In this document: in pieces, positions 62,601-64,000 of the stretch | Position numbering within the stretch: the first letter of the stretch is position 1 | How the letters are laid out: each line of letters opens with the position of its first letter | Source: Callorhinchus milii | Taxonomy: Eukaryota | DNA: 64,000 bases | NCBI RefSeq assembly: GCF_018977255.1 | Contig: NW_024704742.1 | Coordinates: 68,698,001 to 68,762,000, forward strand | Direction of reading: 5' to 3' | Notes under the pieces: generated by a model | What the model saw: the letters and a program-made list of their open reading frames with translations, nothing else | Databases searched by the model: none | What the model was told of the DNA's origin: nothing | Position numbers and translations under genes: made by a program

Positions 62601-63164
62601 GAGATAATGCAAGTTCATTATGTTGCTGAGGTTTCAGAAGACATGAGTTATGGCATTATTGATTGCACTGCCCCGTGAATACGTCCTTTGTTTCCAGTTT
62701 ACGTGATTGAGTACCTGATTAGCAATGATACAAAACAAGCATTATCCAATGAGATTAATGCCTCATCCTCTAGAAATCCTGGAGTCAAAATAAGGTACAT
62801 GGGGTGATAATTATCACATTAATAATAACGGCAATCCTTACATTTGAGATAGAGCCTTTTGCATCAGCAAGACATCTCAAAGCACTAAACAGGTTTTAAT
62901 GTAAAGTGACTGTTTACTTTATAGGCAAATTCTCATGGATATATTACAGACACTAATTTTCTTAGCTGAATATGAAATGTGTACTGTTAAACGGGTTACT
63001 GGTGGCAAGAATTCTTCCCACTCATCTCCCGTTAATGTTACATGCCAAAGCCCTAATTGGTAGGGTGGTCCTAGCTGGACAAGCAGTGCCTGATGGTGCT
63101 TCCAATGACAAGCTGTGTACTTAAACTTAAACTCAAGCAATACTCCAACACACACCCTGGGGTC

Positions 63165-63575
63165 CTTCTGAAAGCTACTATCAAATCTGCTGCCACCAAC
63201 CTTTCAGGCAGTCGATTCCAAATCGTAACATCTCCCAGGGTAAAAAAATTCTCCTCGTGCCCCTCTGGTTCTTTTTGCCAATTATCTTAAATCTGTGTCC
63301 TCTGGTTACTGACCCACCCACGAAAGGAAACAGTTTTACCTATCAAAACCCCTCATAATTTTGAACACCTTTATTAAATCCCCCCTCAACCTTCTCTGCT
63401 CTAAGGAGAATAATACCAGCCTCTCCAGTGTCTGCTTAACTGAATCCTTCATCGCTGGTACCATTCCGATAAATCTCTTTTGCACCCTCTCCAAGGCCCT
63501 GACATCCTTCCTAAAGTGTGGTGCCCAGAATTGGACACAATACTCCAGCTGAAGCTTAACCAGCGATTTGTAAAG
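63165..63575 (-). mobile_element. CR1 LINE C-terminal fragment
   Basis: LEYCVQFWAPHFRKDVRALERVQKRF...LFSLEQRRLRGDLI in ORF 63336-63596. Confidence 0.88.
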
Positions 63576-64000
63576 CTTGTACGGCTTCAGACACAAATTG
63601 CTGTTTATAATGATTTCATATCATTTCTAAACTAGCTGCTGCACGTACATGCTCTCAGAGCTGAACACACAAGATAAACTTTTTTGCCTTTGTTCTCTCG
63701 TGTATAGGCGCTGATATCATGCCAGCTACTCTGAGGCATTTGGTAGGAATTCATTTTATTCAGATGTGTGAGCAATCCCACGGCAGACAAACATTTACCC
63801 GATCCAAGCACATAATTGAAATCTACTCAGCAACCTCCCACTCATTCACTTTATACAAAACTTTGATCTTGAACTTAGATACAGAAATCACATCAAACAG
63901 TAAAGCGTTGTGTGTTATTTATTTTTTAACGGCCGACACAGAGGCTCACTTAAGTGGTCTAATTGCTCCTATAAACTAAACGTGTTTCCTCTTGAAGTTA

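Overview
Vertebrate genomic DNA, probably from a cartilaginous fish (inferred from the Deu-type SINE, L2 and CR1 repeat content; not verified). The only host gene is a + strand internal portion of alpha-N-catenin (CTNNA2): four GT-AG coding exons (1503-1654, 22294-22407, 28032-28213, 54774-54879) separated by introns of 20.6, 5.6 and 26.6 kb. The gene continues beyond both window edges. The introns are saturated with nested retroposons (L2 LINEs with (TTG)n tails, CR1 LINEs with ATTCTATG ends, two tRNA-derived SINE families) plus several repeats I could not classify. Almost all ORFs in the supplied track are repeat-derived or spurious. I found no new protein-coding system. The most unusual signals are DNA-level: a 261-bp perfect copy of a distant intronic segment pasted into a SINE, a second inverted templated insertion, clustering of rearrangements at one SINE hairpin motif, two CR1 copies sharing the same frameshifts, an unclassified ~250-bp A-tailed repeat family and a ~175-bp palindrome with mirrored ETS/CRE-like and YY1-like motifs. 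Repeat boundaries are approximate, and only representative repeat copies are listed.
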